DNA from: Saprospiraceae bacterium
GTDB taxonomy: Bacteria > Bacteroidota > Bacteroidia > Chitinophagales > Saprospiraceae
Assembly (NCBI GenBank): GCA_013140975.1
Contig: JABFRV010000153.1
Span: 169 to 64,168 of the forward strand
Length of the DNA stretch: 64,000 bases
Direction of reading: 5' to 3'
Below, one piece after another: positions 8,634-18,999 of this stretch. The translations under genes and the position numbers were made by a program. Every line of letters starts with the position of its first letter. Within the stretch, counting starts at the first letter, position 1. The notes under the pieces are model-generated. The model was not told the origin of the DNA. It worked only from the letters and a program-made list of their open reading frames with translations, and made no database searches.

Positions 8634-11486
8634 TTAAAACATAAATCTTCTTCTTCCATCTTTTTCAAGTGAAGATTTAATTCCTCTCATATTGTATGTA
8701 AAACTTAATAAAAAGTATCTAGAAAGAGAAAGAGTTTGGGTCTGTGAGATACGATTTGAATTGATACTTTGTTGGACTCCCTGCGTTTTATTTAATAAAT
8801 CGTATGCACTTAATCGTATTTCTCCTTTATTATCTTTTAAAAATAATTTAGAAACTGAAACATTTAATATCGGAATAGTAGTATTGAAATCATTAATGGA
8901 ATTCGAATTATTGGTCAAGTTGAATGACGAATTAAAAAATATTAGTTTGGGAAATTTAATATTCATTTCTGTATTTAAACCCAAATTATTCACATTCGTT
9001 AAGTCGCTACTATCGGGATCTGACTTTTGTTGTTGAATTCTGTAATTGCTGCTGATAAATAGTGTAAAGACATCAGAAGGCGTAATACTAATTCGCATAT
9101 TGACGCTATTATTTTGATTTACTGGGCTATTAAAGATATTATTCACATTGGTCTTGTTCAGATTATAGCTATAGTTATAGCCAATGTTTATCATGTATTT
9201 ATTTTTTACAATCGGGAAGCCAAAATTAAAATTTGCGAATAAAGATCTTGTGTTATTAATATTGATTGGCATTGATGTGCTAACGCGACTTTCACTAATA
9301 CTAATAAGATTAATGATATCTCTTTCATTATATGTTGCACCAAAGCGTGAAAAGAAATTGATGAATGTCAATCGATCAAATTTTCTAATGGAAAAACTAA
9401 GATCATTGCTAATGCGAGGCTCAAGGTCAGGATTTCCAATTCGGATTGAAAGAGGATTGGAATTATCCACAATTGGTAGAAGATCTCGTGAATTAGGAGC
9501 GCTAACATACTTATTATACGAAACAGAAAATTCAGTTCCATTTGACATTTCGTATTCTATTTCTGCATTGGGTATCCAGTTCTGATAAACCCTATTGCTT
9601 TGTGAATCTGTTGAATCAAGACCTGTTTTAAAAATACTCTTTAGAAATATTTCCTGATATGCAACACCAGTATTAACACTAAAGCCTTTATGAATATAAC
9701 TTAAGGTTTGACCCAAACGATTATATCCGCTGGTATTGTTAAATTCACGACTCAGAAATGCATTATTGACGAGTTGTTGAACGTCATTATAGTCCCCGAC
9801 ATTTCGATCATAATCAGTGAAACTCTTACTAAAGTTATAAAACGTTTTAGCGAATATCTTCTTGCCAATTGGTTCTGACCAAAAGAAATTGGCTTTATAA
9901 GTGCTCACAGGTTGCGTGGTTACAAAGTTTTGACGCAATTCTGAAATTGAATCAAGAACTCCGGAAGTTGAATAAAAATTACTAGTCGCATCCTGATCAG
10001 TATCTCTTTCGGAATCAGTATAATTAAAAGCAGTACTTACACCCATGCTTCTGCCTTTCTTTTTAAATTTGCTTCGAAAAATAATTGAGTTTTGAGAATT
10101 AATTGTCATTCCACTTGCATCAGAGTTCGCTAACTGATCATTAATAACAATTGCACCCGGAGTATAACTGTGTGTATTGGTATTGGTTAATGTATTTCTA
10201 TTTCCTAATGAATGATTGCTCTTAATTGAGAATCCCATGAACGAATCAATTTCCTGATCATAACGCAATTCAACACGATGACTGTTACGATTGTTATCTC
10301 TAGAAGATGTATCTTGGGTATTATAAGAATTTTCAGGATAAAGTAAGTTCTGTGTTCTGAATGCATCTGAATATAGCTTGTTGATGTCATAGAAATACAT
10401 CGAACTCAGTTTCGTTTTTTTGTGATCATAATTGTAGTTAAGGCCCGCAGAAATTTTTTCAGGAAAGCCATATGAATCACCTCCGAAAAATGAACCGATT
10501 CCAGATATATCATCTTCTTCACCTCCATCATCAAAAGTTACAAATCTGAAATTTCCACCTGTGCTAAATCCAAATTCACCGTCATCACCCCAATTAAAAG
10601 AACTTGATCCTTTGAAATCCTGATAATCATTCCATGAGAGACCGTTTCTTCCAGTATTGGTTCCAGAACCAAGGATAGCAAATTGATGCTTTGTATCAAA
10701 TTTATTAAATGATCCTTTAAGTTCTTTTGTATTTTCAGTTCCAACACCAGCAATTATTTTTCCAAAACCTCCTTTTTTGAATTCATCTTTAAGCTCAAGA
10801 TTCATTGCCTTATCTGCATTCAATCTTTTTCTACCTGTGATTTTTTCTTCCTCTGTCTGATCAGTAAAAACCTGTACCTTCGATATTCCTTCCGCTGGAA
10901 GATTTTTTGTAGCTGCTTTTGGATCTCCTCCAAAAAAACTTTTACCATCTACCGTAACACGATTTACATTTTTTCCTTCTGCCGTGATATTTCCCTGAAC
11001 GTCAACTTCCATTCCGGGAAGTTTGCGAAGTAGATCTTCTACACTCGAGCCTGCGGGAACCTTAAACGTTGATGCATCATATTCAATCGTATCACCTTTA
11101 ATGGTCATAGGTGCTTTCGCAGCTTTAATTACAACTTCAAATAATTCTTTTGATATTGGGCTCATTCGTAATATGCCAAGATCTAGTTCGCGAGACTGCA
11201 GTTGAATTGGAATTTGTAAGGGTAGATAAGATACATAGTTTACTTTTAAAAGATAATTTCTGAAGCGAACTGATCGAAATTCGAATTTTCCTTCTTTATC
11301 TGCTTGTATGTATTCAAGCAATGTGCTATCGGACGGATCTAATAACATTACTGATGCCAACATAAGACTTTCACCAGTAGTGTCTTTAATAGTTCCTTTT
11401 ATGGTCCCTGTTCCGGATTGCGAAATTAATTCTGAAACAAAGCCCGCATGAATAAGAAGAATTAGGGTTAGTATATATTTTATCAT
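8634..11486 (-). CDS. outer-membrane beta-barrel protein with CarboxypepD_reg and plug-like N-terminus (TonB-dependent-receptor-like)
   Basis: 950 aa. Signal peptide; GTIKGTIKD...KEGKFEF carboxypeptidase-regulatory-like domain; plug-like DLLRKLPGMEVDVQGNI...VDGKSFFGGDP; long Ser/Asn/Tyr-rich beta-strand region ending in an aromatic residue (..RRRFMF). Confidence 0.8.
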   Translation of the reverse strand: MIKYILTLILLIHAGFVSELISQSGTGTIKGTIKDTTGESLMLASVMLLDPSDSTLLEYIQADKEGKFEFRSVRFRNYLLKVNYVSYLPLQIPIQLQSRELDLGILRMSPISKELFEVVIKAAKAPMTIKGDTIEYDASTFKVPAGSSVEDLLRKLPGMEVDVQGNITAEGKNVNRVTVDGKSFFGGDPKAATKNLPAEGISKVQVFTDQTEEEKITGRKRLNADKAMNLELKDEFKKGGFGKIIAGVGTENTKELKGSFNKFDTKHQFAILGSGTNTGRNGLSWNDYQDFKGSSSFNWGDDGEFGFSTGGNFRFVTFDDGGEEDDISGIGSFFGGDSYGFPEKISAGLNYNYDHKKTKLSSMYFYDINKLYSDAFRTQNLLYPENSYNTQDTSSRDNNRNSHRVELRYDQEIDSFMGFSIKSNHSLGNRNTLTNTNTHSYTPGAIVINDQLANSDASGMTINSQNSIIFRSKFKKKGRSMGVSTAFNYTDSERDTDQDATSNFYSTSGVLDSISELRQNFVTTQPVSTYKANFFWSEPIGKKIFAKTFYNFSKSFTDYDRNVGDYNDVQQLVNNAFLSREFNNTSGYNRLGQTLSYIHKGFSVNTGVAYQEIFLKSIFKTGLDSTDSQSNRVYQNWIPNAEIEYEMSNGTEFSVSYNKYVSAPNSRDLLPIVDNSNPLSIRIGNPDLEPRISNDLSFSIRKFDRLTFINFFSRFGATYNERDIINLISISESRVSTSMPININNTRSLFANFNFGFPIVKNKYMINIGYNYSYNLNKTNVNNIFNSPVNQNNSVNMRISITPSDVFTLFISSNYRIQQQKSDPDSSDLTNVNNLGLNTEMNIKFPKLIFFNSSFNLTNNSNSINDFNTTIPILNVSVSKLFLKDNKGEIRLSAYDLLNKTQGVQQSINSNRISQTQTLSLSRYFLLSFTYNMRGIKSSLEKDGRRRFMF

Positions 11487-11498
11487 TGAAATGAGTTC

Positions 11499-12719
11499 TT
11501 AATTAAACTGAAATTTTGAAATAATATTATGTAGCCTTTCACCGGCAAGTTGAAGAGTTTCTTCTTTTTTAGCAAAGCAAAAGCGAACAATTCCCGGATC
11601 AAATTGATCGTGATAAAAAGCAGATATAGGAACGCATGCTACCCCGCACTGTGTTGCTAATTGTCGAGCAAAATCTTCATCTGACAGATTTGTAATTTTT
11701 TTTATGCTTGTCAAAATAAAATATGAACCAGAACAAGGAAGTATTTCCAAACCTGAATTATATATTTTATTCAAAAAAGTGTCTCTTTTCTTTTGATAAA
11801 ATTCAGGAAGCTCGTTGAAGAATTGAAAATGATTTTCTATAAATTTTGCAACAGCGAACTGGCCGGGAGTATTAACAGAGAAGACAGTAAATTGATGAAG
11901 TTTTCTAATTTCAGAAGTGTAATAGGAATTAGCCACGACATAACCCATTTTCCAGCCCGTATTGTGCAAAGTTTTTCCCAAAGAAAAAACAACGATACCA
12001 CGAGTAGGCATTAGTTCATGCTGGAGTGCACTATAATGTTTTATTTGATCAAAGACTAGCAGATCATAAACTTCATCCCATAATAAGATACAATCATATT
12101 TTTCACCCAGTGAATACAGTCTGTCAACATCAGATGAAGATAAAACCGTTCCGCATGGATTGTGTGGATTGTTAATTAAAATTAATTTGATATTATGAGA
12201 ACGAAGTGTGTTTTCTAATTCTTCCCAAGGAATAGAAAACTGAGGTTCTTTTAATTTAATAAATACGGGAATACCACCATTGACAATAACAGAAGGGCCA
12301 TAAGAATCATAAGCAGGTTCGAAAATCAAAACTTTATCACCCGGCTTGATAATACTACTAATAATGGTGTATATAGCTTGAGTTGCTCCCGCAGTAATCG
12401 TTATTTCTGTTACGGGATCAGCTTCGAAATTATAGTTCAGCTGTAATCTTCTTGACAATTGCTCTCTTAGTGGAAGATAACCGGGCATAGGAGCGTATTG
12501 ATTCATGCCACTATTCACTGCTTCATTTAAGTATTCAAATAATTCAACGGGAGGCAGAAAGTCAGGAAATCCTTGTGCCAGATTCACTGCTGAATACTTT
12601 GTAGCCAATTCAGTCATTCTGGCAAAGACTGAAGTTCCGGATCCTGGCAATTTGGATTCAAATACAAAAGGACTATTAGAATTCACGTTGTAAATATCTG
12701 AATTCTGAATGAGCTTCAT
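11499..12719 (-). CDS. class I/II PLP-dependent aminotransferase (methionine aminotransferase/YbdL-like)
   Basis: LAQGFPDF, NNPHNPCG and FSLGKT (PLP lysine) motifs; 406 aa. Confidence 0.8.
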   Translation of the reverse strand: MKLIQNSDIYNVNSNSPFVFESKLPGSGTSVFARMTELATKYSAVNLAQGFPDFLPPVELFEYLNEAVNSGMNQYAPMPGYLPLREQLSRRLQLNYNFEADPVTEITITAGATQAIYTIISSIIKPGDKVLIFEPAYDSYGPSVIVNGGIPVFIKLKEPQFSIPWEELENTLRSHNIKLILINNPHNPCGTVLSSSDVDRLYSLGEKYDCILLWDEVYDLLVFDQIKHYSALQHELMPTRGIVVFSLGKTLHNTGWKMGYVVANSYYTSEIRKLHQFTVFSVNTPGQFAVAKFIENHFQFFNELPEFYQKKRDTFLNKIYNSGLEILPCSGSYFILTSIKKITNLSDEDFARQLATQCGVACVPISAFYHDQFDPGIVRFCFAKKEETLQLAGERLHNIISKFQFN

Positions 12720-12725
12720 GTGTTG

Positions 12726-13883
12726 TTAAATGTTAAGGTCTTCTAAAAGTTTTAACCAATAACTCTGATTCTTCATCGTTTTAGGTGGTTTCGTCCTTAG
12801 ATCTTCTTTCAAATGAAGGTCTATAAATTCAAAGAGCATCGATGTTGATGAAGTGCCGATTATAAAAATAAGATGGTTCTTGTATTGATGAAGAAATGAA
12901 ACTCCTGGATCTTCTTCTGAATAACAAAAATATATTATTGGGATTCCTGTGCTGCAATACTCTTCAAGTTTACTTGGCATTCCGGCATAATTCTTATTGG
13001 CTAAACTAAAAAGAATTCTTGATTTGCTATAGTGCTGTAATAATTCATCGGAATTACAATGAGGAATAAAATGAATATTAGAAGATTGAAATTTATCTAC
13101 TAAGGAAGAATTTTGCCTTCCTATTAATTGAATATCAAGATGTAGTTTATTTTTTAGCAGAAGTAATTGCACTTCGGAAAGAACTTTTAATTCCTCAATT
13201 CCTGATCGAATAGGCTCATAACTATTTCCCATATATGAGATTATGTATGGTTCCGAATTGTCAAATTCAATATCACTGAAATCAATAGATGACCCATTAT
13301 GAATTACCAAAAATTTATTTTCGCATCGTGGATATAATATCTTTAGGTGACTAAGAATTCCATTAGAATTAGTTACAATTTTTGAAGCCTTGCGAATAAC
13401 ATAACTTTCAAAGAGATTTGAAAAAAATCCAAAGATAGATTGATTGGCAGATTGAAATTGATCACCAATATCTGCAATCCAAAAGATTCTTTTTCTAAAG
13501 ATTTTTAACAAAATTCCAATACAGTGAACAGAGACGGGATTAGAAACAGTGATTACTATATCATTCGATTTGTAATACTTAAATATATATACCATGCCAT
13601 GGAATATGCTATTCAATAATAATACATCCGGCCAAATAATTTTCTTTAGAATGGAAGTGAAAATATTATTCTTAATACTATTGCCTTTCTGAGTTTGTAT
13701 TGTGAATCCATGATATTTTATGAAACTTGATCGTGAGGTTAACCCTTTTACCGGATTAGTAATGAATAGGACATCATATTCTGATTGAATTTCTTTTATA
13801 AGGTTTTGAATCCTAATACTCCTGGGATTGGCATGCGGAGAATCAAAGGGATTAAAAATAACGATTCGGGATTTATCAATCAT
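12726..13883 (-). CDS. glycosyltransferase (GT-B, GT4-like)
   Basis: 385 aa. The C-terminal GMPSKLEEYCSTGIPIIYF matches the P.K..EY...G.PI motif of GT4-type enzymes. Embedded in a GT/flippase block. Confidence 0.6.
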   Translation of the reverse strand: MIDKSRIVIFNPFDSPHANPRSIRIQNLIKEIQSEYDVLFITNPVKGLTSRSSFIKYHGFTIQTQKGNSIKNNIFTSILKKIIWPDVLLLNSIFHGMVYIFKYYKSNDIVITVSNPVSVHCIGILLKIFRKRIFWIADIGDQFQSANQSIFGFFSNLFESYVIRKASKIVTNSNGILSHLKILYPRCENKFLVIHNGSSIDFSDIEFDNSEPYIISYMGNSYEPIRSGIEELKVLSEVQLLLLKNKLHLDIQLIGRQNSSLVDKFQSSNIHFIPHCNSDELLQHYSKSRILFSLANKNYAGMPSKLEEYCSTGIPIIYFCYSEEDPGVSFLHQYKNHLIFIIGTSSTSMLFEFIDLHLKEDLRTKPPKTMKNQSYWLKLLEDLNI

Positions 13884-15000
13884 GATATGCTTTCAGTAGT
13901 GAATGTCTTGTCCAATCGTTTTCACATTTCGGTCGGGCAGTTTCATTGGCAGCTTTGCACATTGCAAGATAAGATCTCTGGTTAAGTTGAACAATCTTGG
14001 ATAAATTGTCAATTACATGATGGATGTTATTTTCTGAAGAGATAAATGAATTATAATTGTGAACTGCGATTTCCGGGATATCGCAGTGATTGGTTGTGAT
14101 CGCAGGCTTAGCAAGAGAAAACGCATCTTTTATAAAAACAGGGCATCCTCCTTCAGTATCACCTGAGTCTGCTTTATTGCTTAGGTTGACTATGAAGTGA
14201 CACTCTCGAAGCTTATTTAGATATTCCGAAATCGTTATTTTAGAGCCGAATCGAATGGATTGCAAATTGTATTTTTTAACAGATTCTTCTAATTGTTGGA
14301 AGTATAATTCACTCATTTTCTCTCCATAAAATTCCACTATAAAAAAGTTACCAAGTCCGGAATGGCCAAGCGCTTCCAAAAATTGGAGTTGACCTTTTTT
14401 TTCGGTATAGGTAGCGACTTGTAAGATTTTAATAGGATAGCTTAGTTGGACCTGATTTATTTCAACACTTCTCTTGAAGAACATTTGAACAATATGAATC
14501 TGAGAAGATGGAATTTTATATGAGTCCAATAATGCCTTGCTATAATTGCCTTCTACTATAAAATGAACATCGCGGGAAGATAAATATCTATAATCTTTTA
14601 ATGTAGATGGGTTATTGTGAACGAGGTATTCATAATCAAATCCATATAATGAAACAAACTTTTTGCATTTTATTTTGGCAATGATATTTTTAAATCGAAT
14701 GGCAATATGTCCAAAATGAAAATGAACTACATCTATATTATTCTTATTGATATAGTCTACTACATTCGATTCAAAAGTGGATTGCTTGAGTCTGGCAACT
14801 ATTTTTTTAGTAAATGATGGTGGATAAGTAGATTGCATTCCGAATCCGGGAATAATCTTAAAGCGAGTATGATTTCCTGAATTGAAAATTGCAGCGATTG
14901 AATGTTCAACATCAGATTCAGTTTGTATCAGAAGTTCTTCAAGCCAATTCATAGTTTCCTGAAGATAGTAATCTACAATATGAAGAACTTTATAAGACAT
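13876..15000 (-). CDS. glycosyltransferase family 4 / GT1-type
   Basis: 374 aa. EGGCPVFIKDAFSLAKPAITTNHCDIPEI resembles the E..G.....EA...G.P.I.T motif. Overlaps both neighbours (8 and 11 nt). Confidence 0.65.
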   Translation of the reverse strand: MSYKVLHIVDYYLQETMNWLEELLIQTESDVEHSIAAIFNSGNHTRFKIIPGFGMQSTYPPSFTKKIVARLKQSTFESNVVDYINKNNIDVVHFHFGHIAIRFKNIIAKIKCKKFVSLYGFDYEYLVHNNPSTLKDYRYLSSRDVHFIVEGNYSKALLDSYKIPSSQIHIVQMFFKRSVEINQVQLSYPIKILQVATYTEKKGQLQFLEALGHSGLGNFFIVEFYGEKMSELYFQQLEESVKKYNLQSIRFGSKITISEYLNKLRECHFIVNLSNKADSGDTEGGCPVFIKDAFSLAKPAITTNHCDIPEIAVHNYNSFISSENNIHHVIDNLSKIVQLNQRSYLAMCKAANETARPKCENDWTRHSLLKAYHD

Positions 15001-16609
15001 TGTGCGATCTTTCTTTGTTCATTTTAAGCCAAAGCAGTATGCTGATGTATCTGAATTTATTTTCGATAGTGATAGGTTTGATATTTTCTAAGAACTCAGG
15101 TTTAGATTCATTGGTTATTATTTCATTCATTTTATCTTGTAGATTATCATATTTGACAAACTGGATATTCATACCAAATTTTTGCAAAATTAATTTTAGA
15201 ACTTTATTCAATTGAAATTTTTGAATAAGGAAATTTAATTTTTGAAATTTGGACGGCAATAAAGTTCGTTGCCAAATAAAACTATTGATTTCTTTTGGCA
15301 AATTATCATTCAGAACTTCAAGAAAAAATTTGCTATAAATCTGATCTCTGTCGTCTATGGAATAATTGACTTGCATCCAATTCATATTGTAAAAAGGCAA
15401 TAAGACCGGTATTGACTTTGACATCGTATACACCTGAAGTGCGCCTAAATTTGAAATTTTTTGCCATGAAAGGTATGGATCAATACAATTGATTGAGAAA
15501 TGTTCCAGTTCAGTATATGGCGGTGATGTTAAAAAGCTAAGAAATCGATTGGCAATCTGCGAATTTATTTTTTGATTGCATTCTGTTTCGCTCGCATAAA
15601 TTCCACCACCATAAAAACCTGTTGCAATCATATCATAATGATCATTTAATTCATTATAAATAGGTCCTTCATGAAACTGATGAATTGGAATTAATCCATC
15701 GACTGACCAAAATTGATAGAGCCTTTTCTCAAACCAATTCTCAAAGCTTAATGGAAATGTATGGTGTTTAATTTTTAGAATAGAAGATATTTTCTTAGCC
15801 GTACTTTGTTCAATCGAATTATTCTGCGAAAGAGTATAAGAACTAAGTTGGGCTTTTGATTTTTGCAATTCATAGGCGACCCAGCGACTGTCAAGACCTC
15901 CACTAAGTCCTACTCCAATTTTTTGAGAAGATAAATCTATTGCTTTAAATAATTCAATAAATGAATTATAGTATTCAGTTTTCTTTTTCTCGTTAGCATT
16001 TTCTGAGCGGATTACTTTTTTCCATGTCCAGTAAAAAGATTGAGAATAAGTGCCTGTTGTAGTATTCAGAATCAGGAATGTCGAAGGTAAAACCTTATGA
16101 CAATTTTTGTACCAGGTCTTCCCGGAAATAAAGTGACCATTGTTGTAGTATTCTAATATGGCATTTGTATCTAATTCTGGATGTTCAGATAAAGAGTTCC
16201 ACAATTGTTTCAATTCACTGGTTATTACTAAAGATTCATCCGATTCATAAATGAAAATTGGAAAATAACCCAATGGATCTGTAGCAATTAGAATTGAATT
16301 ATTTTTTTTATGGATTACCAGAATGCCACAAATTCCATTTATTTGATTGAATATTTCAAATATGTTTTCAGGATGTAAAGCAAGTTCACTGATAGATATG
16401 TTTTGAATTAAAGAATTAAAATTATTTTTAAAGATTGGATTTCCCAAAATAATAAGTATTGTACTTTCATCTTCTTTTCGGTATGAATTAAAAGTACCTT
16501 TACCTGTTAATGTAATATTGTAATTAGAAGAATTAAAGGTTTGAATTTGCTCTATGGCATGATTTGGTGAGGCAACGGGAAGGTTAGAAATTAAGAAGTA
16601 TGACATCAA
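14990..16609 (-). CDS. asparagine synthetase B-like ATP-pyrophosphatase lacking the N-terminal Cys nucleophile
   Basis: PP-loop VGLSGGLDSRWVA. The N-terminus is MMSYFLISN with no Cys2, so the glutaminase domain looks degenerate. Confidence 0.7.
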   Translation of the reverse strand: MMSYFLISNLPVASPNHAIEQIQTFNSSNYNITLTGKGTFNSYRKEDESTILIILGNPIFKNNFNSLIQNISISELALHPENIFEIFNQINGICGILVIHKKNNSILIATDPLGYFPIFIYESDESLVITSELKQLWNSLSEHPELDTNAILEYYNNGHFISGKTWYKNCHKVLPSTFLILNTTTGTYSQSFYWTWKKVIRSENANEKKKTEYYNSFIELFKAIDLSSQKIGVGLSGGLDSRWVAYELQKSKAQLSSYTLSQNNSIEQSTAKKISSILKIKHHTFPLSFENWFEKRLYQFWSVDGLIPIHQFHEGPIYNELNDHYDMIATGFYGGGIYASETECNQKINSQIANRFLSFLTSPPYTELEHFSINCIDPYLSWQKISNLGALQVYTMSKSIPVLLPFYNMNWMQVNYSIDDRDQIYSKFFLEVLNDNLPKEINSFIWQRTLLPSKFQKLNFLIQKFQLNKVLKLILQKFGMNIQFVKYDNLQDKMNEIITNESKPEFLENIKPITIENKFRYISILLWLKMNKERSHNVL

Positions 16610-18033
16610 ATAATCGATAATGAAAGCCAGGATAAAAATCTTTTTCTTTCCAATATATAGAGCATTACTAAAGTAAAAATTAGGGCCATAGAAATAGCTA
16701 AGAGTGTTGAAGGAATGAATACATGAATGAAGTACAGAACTATAATAATTAGTATTATATTCATTATGGCTTTAGCTTCAATTCCTTTCCATTGAATTTC
16801 TTTTCGTTTTAATTCGCGAGATAATACATAGCTTACAATCATTGTTGAGAGTATTGTGTACAATAAGCTAAAAACTAAAAAAGTATGCAATTCGTATTTC
16901 TGAAAGAAAAATATTGCGAATACTGAATAATTGGAGACTAGCAATATTACGTTCCAGTAAAATATCTTCCTGGCTTCCCCAATCGCTAGCAAATAACTAT
17001 TCATAATATTGTTAAGAGCCTTACAAAAAGCAATCGGAAGGAGTATAGAAGCATAATATGATAGCTCGTCAACTTTTTCCGGATACGCCAATAGAAACAG
17101 ATCACTTCGAAAAATCCAGAAACCACAATAACTTAAAGCGATTAAAATGAAATAATTTGTAAAGCTTTCACTAATAATATTGTTTTCTCCGTTTTTATCG
17201 TTGATAGATTTTGAAACAACAGGAAGAATCGCTTTATTAAATAATGGATTGACCTTTGAAAAAATAACAAAGCTGATTTCAGTTGTAAGAATATATCCTC
17301 CAAGAGTGCTTAAGCCAAATAATGAAATAATAATAAAAGTATCATATTGACCTTGCAAATAGCTTAGTATCTGTGAAGCAATGTTGTAGTGATTCTGTTG
17401 CAGATGATCCTTTGTGGATGTTTTTTGAATTTCAGTGTTAGAACTTTTTGCCAGAAAGTAATAATAAATTAAACACATTCCATAGAATACAAGATATCTT
17501 ACTATAATGCCGTAGCTAAATACCAGTAAAGGGTTATAAAAACTGCATAATCCAATCACAAGAATGAGTTCAAACAGATATGCGATAATTTGTGAAATTG
17601 CAATTTCTTTTTGCTTAAATTGTTGGATTAACTTTGAATGTAAAAATGATCCCGATCCAATAAGGATTAATATAACGAAACAATTCACTAAAAGCACTCC
17701 ATGTACTTCCTTGAAAGTTTCAGAGTATAAAGACAAGAATACAAGAACTATGCAAGAAGAAAGCAGATAAACAAATTGCCATGAAAACAATTTTCGAATG
17801 AGACTTGAATTGCTTTCATGTTTTTGTATAATACTAAAGAACATTCCCGGCTCTAAGCAATACAATGCAAAGCGAAAAATAATTTGAAAAAGAGCAAAAG
17901 CACCTAATTCCTTATATTCTAAAAGTCTTCCGAGAAGGACAATCGTTATGAGTTGAATGACAGTAATGATTACTGTTGAAAGGAATTGCCATCTAAAAAT
18001 GGTATTGAAACTCTGGTTATAGTCTGATGCCAT
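16606..18033 (-). CDS. polysaccharide/oligosaccharide flippase (Wzx/MOP-family-like)
   Basis: 475 aa, about 12-14 hydrophobic helices. First gene of the minus-strand GT block. Confidence 0.7.
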   Translation of the reverse strand: MASDYNQSFNTIFRWQFLSTVIITVIQLITIVLLGRLLEYKELGAFALFQIIFRFALYCLEPGMFFSIIQKHESNSSLIRKLFSWQFVYLLSSCIVLVFLSLYSETFKEVHGVLLVNCFVILILIGSGSFLHSKLIQQFKQKEIAISQIIAYLFELILVIGLCSFYNPLLVFSYGIIVRYLVFYGMCLIYYYFLAKSSNTEIQKTSTKDHLQQNHYNIASQILSYLQGQYDTFIIISLFGLSTLGGYILTTEISFVIFSKVNPLFNKAILPVVSKSINDKNGENNIISESFTNYFILIALSYCGFWIFRSDLFLLAYPEKVDELSYYASILLPIAFCKALNNIMNSYLLAIGEARKIFYWNVILLVSNYSVFAIFFFQKYELHTFLVFSLLYTILSTMIVSYVLSRELKRKEIQWKGIEAKAIMNIILIIIVLYFIHVFIPSTLLAISMALIFTLVMLYILERKRFLSWLSLSII

Positions 18034-18049
18034 GATCCGTCACCCAAGG

Positions 18050-18057
18050 CAAAACTA
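18050..18057 (-). promoter_or_regulatory. candidate -7 box (TAGTTTTG on minus strand) for the flippase-led operon
   Basis: Plus strand reads caaaacta, 16 nt upstream of the flippase start at 18033. Confidence 0.45.
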
Positions 18058-18089
18058 TGAATTTATTAGGGAAAAACTTAATATATTTT

Positions 18090-18097
18090 TACTTTTG
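18090..18097 (+). promoter_or_regulatory. candidate -7 box (TACTTTTG) for the divergent FemAB-like gene
   Basis: 16 nt upstream of ATG 18114. Lies inside the longer track ORF that starts at 18057. Confidence 0.45.
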
Positions 18098-18113
18098 CCT
18101 ATTCTTACCTTTT

Positions 18114-18998
18114 ATGCAATCCGAAGAAATATTCTTTTCAAATGAATGGCTTGAAACATTTGCTCCTCAACGGAAAGAAATTAATATACAATTTGATTGC
18201 TCGCATCTTCAATGTGTATTTGTAGAAAAGAGAAAGTTTGGAATAAAGTATTATAAGAGCCTACCATATACTCCTTTCAACGCGGTAATTGAGCATCATA
18301 ACTCTGATATGAAAGAGTATACAAAATTTAGTTCAGAGTTGCAACTGTATCACGCATTAATGAAGGCATTGAAGGGTGTAAGTGCTGCGCATTTGAAATT
18401 TAATATTCCAAATCTAAGCTTGCCAAGGATTAGTGATAAGAGAATTGTGAGTAATTTAGCATATACGGAAATTGTCAGAAACCCAATTGATATGAGTTTG
18501 CTTTGGGAGAAAATGACTACTGATAACAAGAAAAAGATTCTTAACGTAAATGGAATAGAAACGATCACAGACGTAACTAAGGTTCATGAGATTGTCGATT
18601 TTTTACTTAACAACAAGTATTATGTTTCTGCGATTGAAAACAAAGAGAGATTGGTTGCACTCATTCGCAAAGCTCTAGCTGCTAATCATGTTCGAATAGT
18701 TGGAGTAAATAGAAATGATAGTTGGAGTGCTGTTTCATTATTTGTCAGATCAAAGAATACAGTTTATTATTGGATGAATTATGTTGATAAATCTGAAAAA
18801 CCTAAGGGTGGGCAAAGAGCATTAGTATGGAAAGGTATAGAGTGGGCTAATGAATCGGGCTGCGATTTTAATTTTGATGGATCGACAATTGAAGATATTG
18901 CACGAGTAAATAAAATTTTTGGAACTGAAACCATAATTTTTCCTAGCATATATTATATTGATAATCCTTTATTGAGAATGATAAAGAAAATAATGTAG
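18114..18998 (+). CDS. FemAB/BioF2-like GNAT-fold acyltransferase
   Basis: N-terminal ..FFSNEWLETF.. and C-terminal YYWMNYVDK....GGQRALVWKGIEWANESGCDFNFDGS resemble the FemAB-like acetyltransferase_6 family. Start 18114 (MQSEE) is preferred over 18057. Confidence 0.55.
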   Translation: MQSEEIFFSNEWLETFAPQRKEINIQFDCSHLQCVFVEKRKFGIKYYKSLPYTPFNAVIEHHNSDMKEYTKFSSELQLYHALMKALKGVSAAHLKFNIPNLSLPRISDKRIVSNLAYTEIVRNPIDMSLLWEKMTTDNKKKILNVNGIETITDVTKVHEIVDFLLNNKYYVSAIENKERLVALIRKALAANHVRIVGVNRNDSWSAVSLFVRSKNTVYYWMNYVDKSEKPKGGQRALVWKGIEWANESGCDFNFDGSTIEDIARVNKIFGTETIIFPSIYYIDNPLLRMIKKIM

Positions 18999-18999
18999 A

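Noticed and set aside
14990-16609. Lasso-peptide cyclase (AsnB-like, Cys-less).
   Set aside because: No adjacent transglutaminase-like leader peptidase, RRE protein or short precursor ORF is present. The gene overlaps glycosyltransferase and flippase genes in one operon, which favours a glycan-modifying role.
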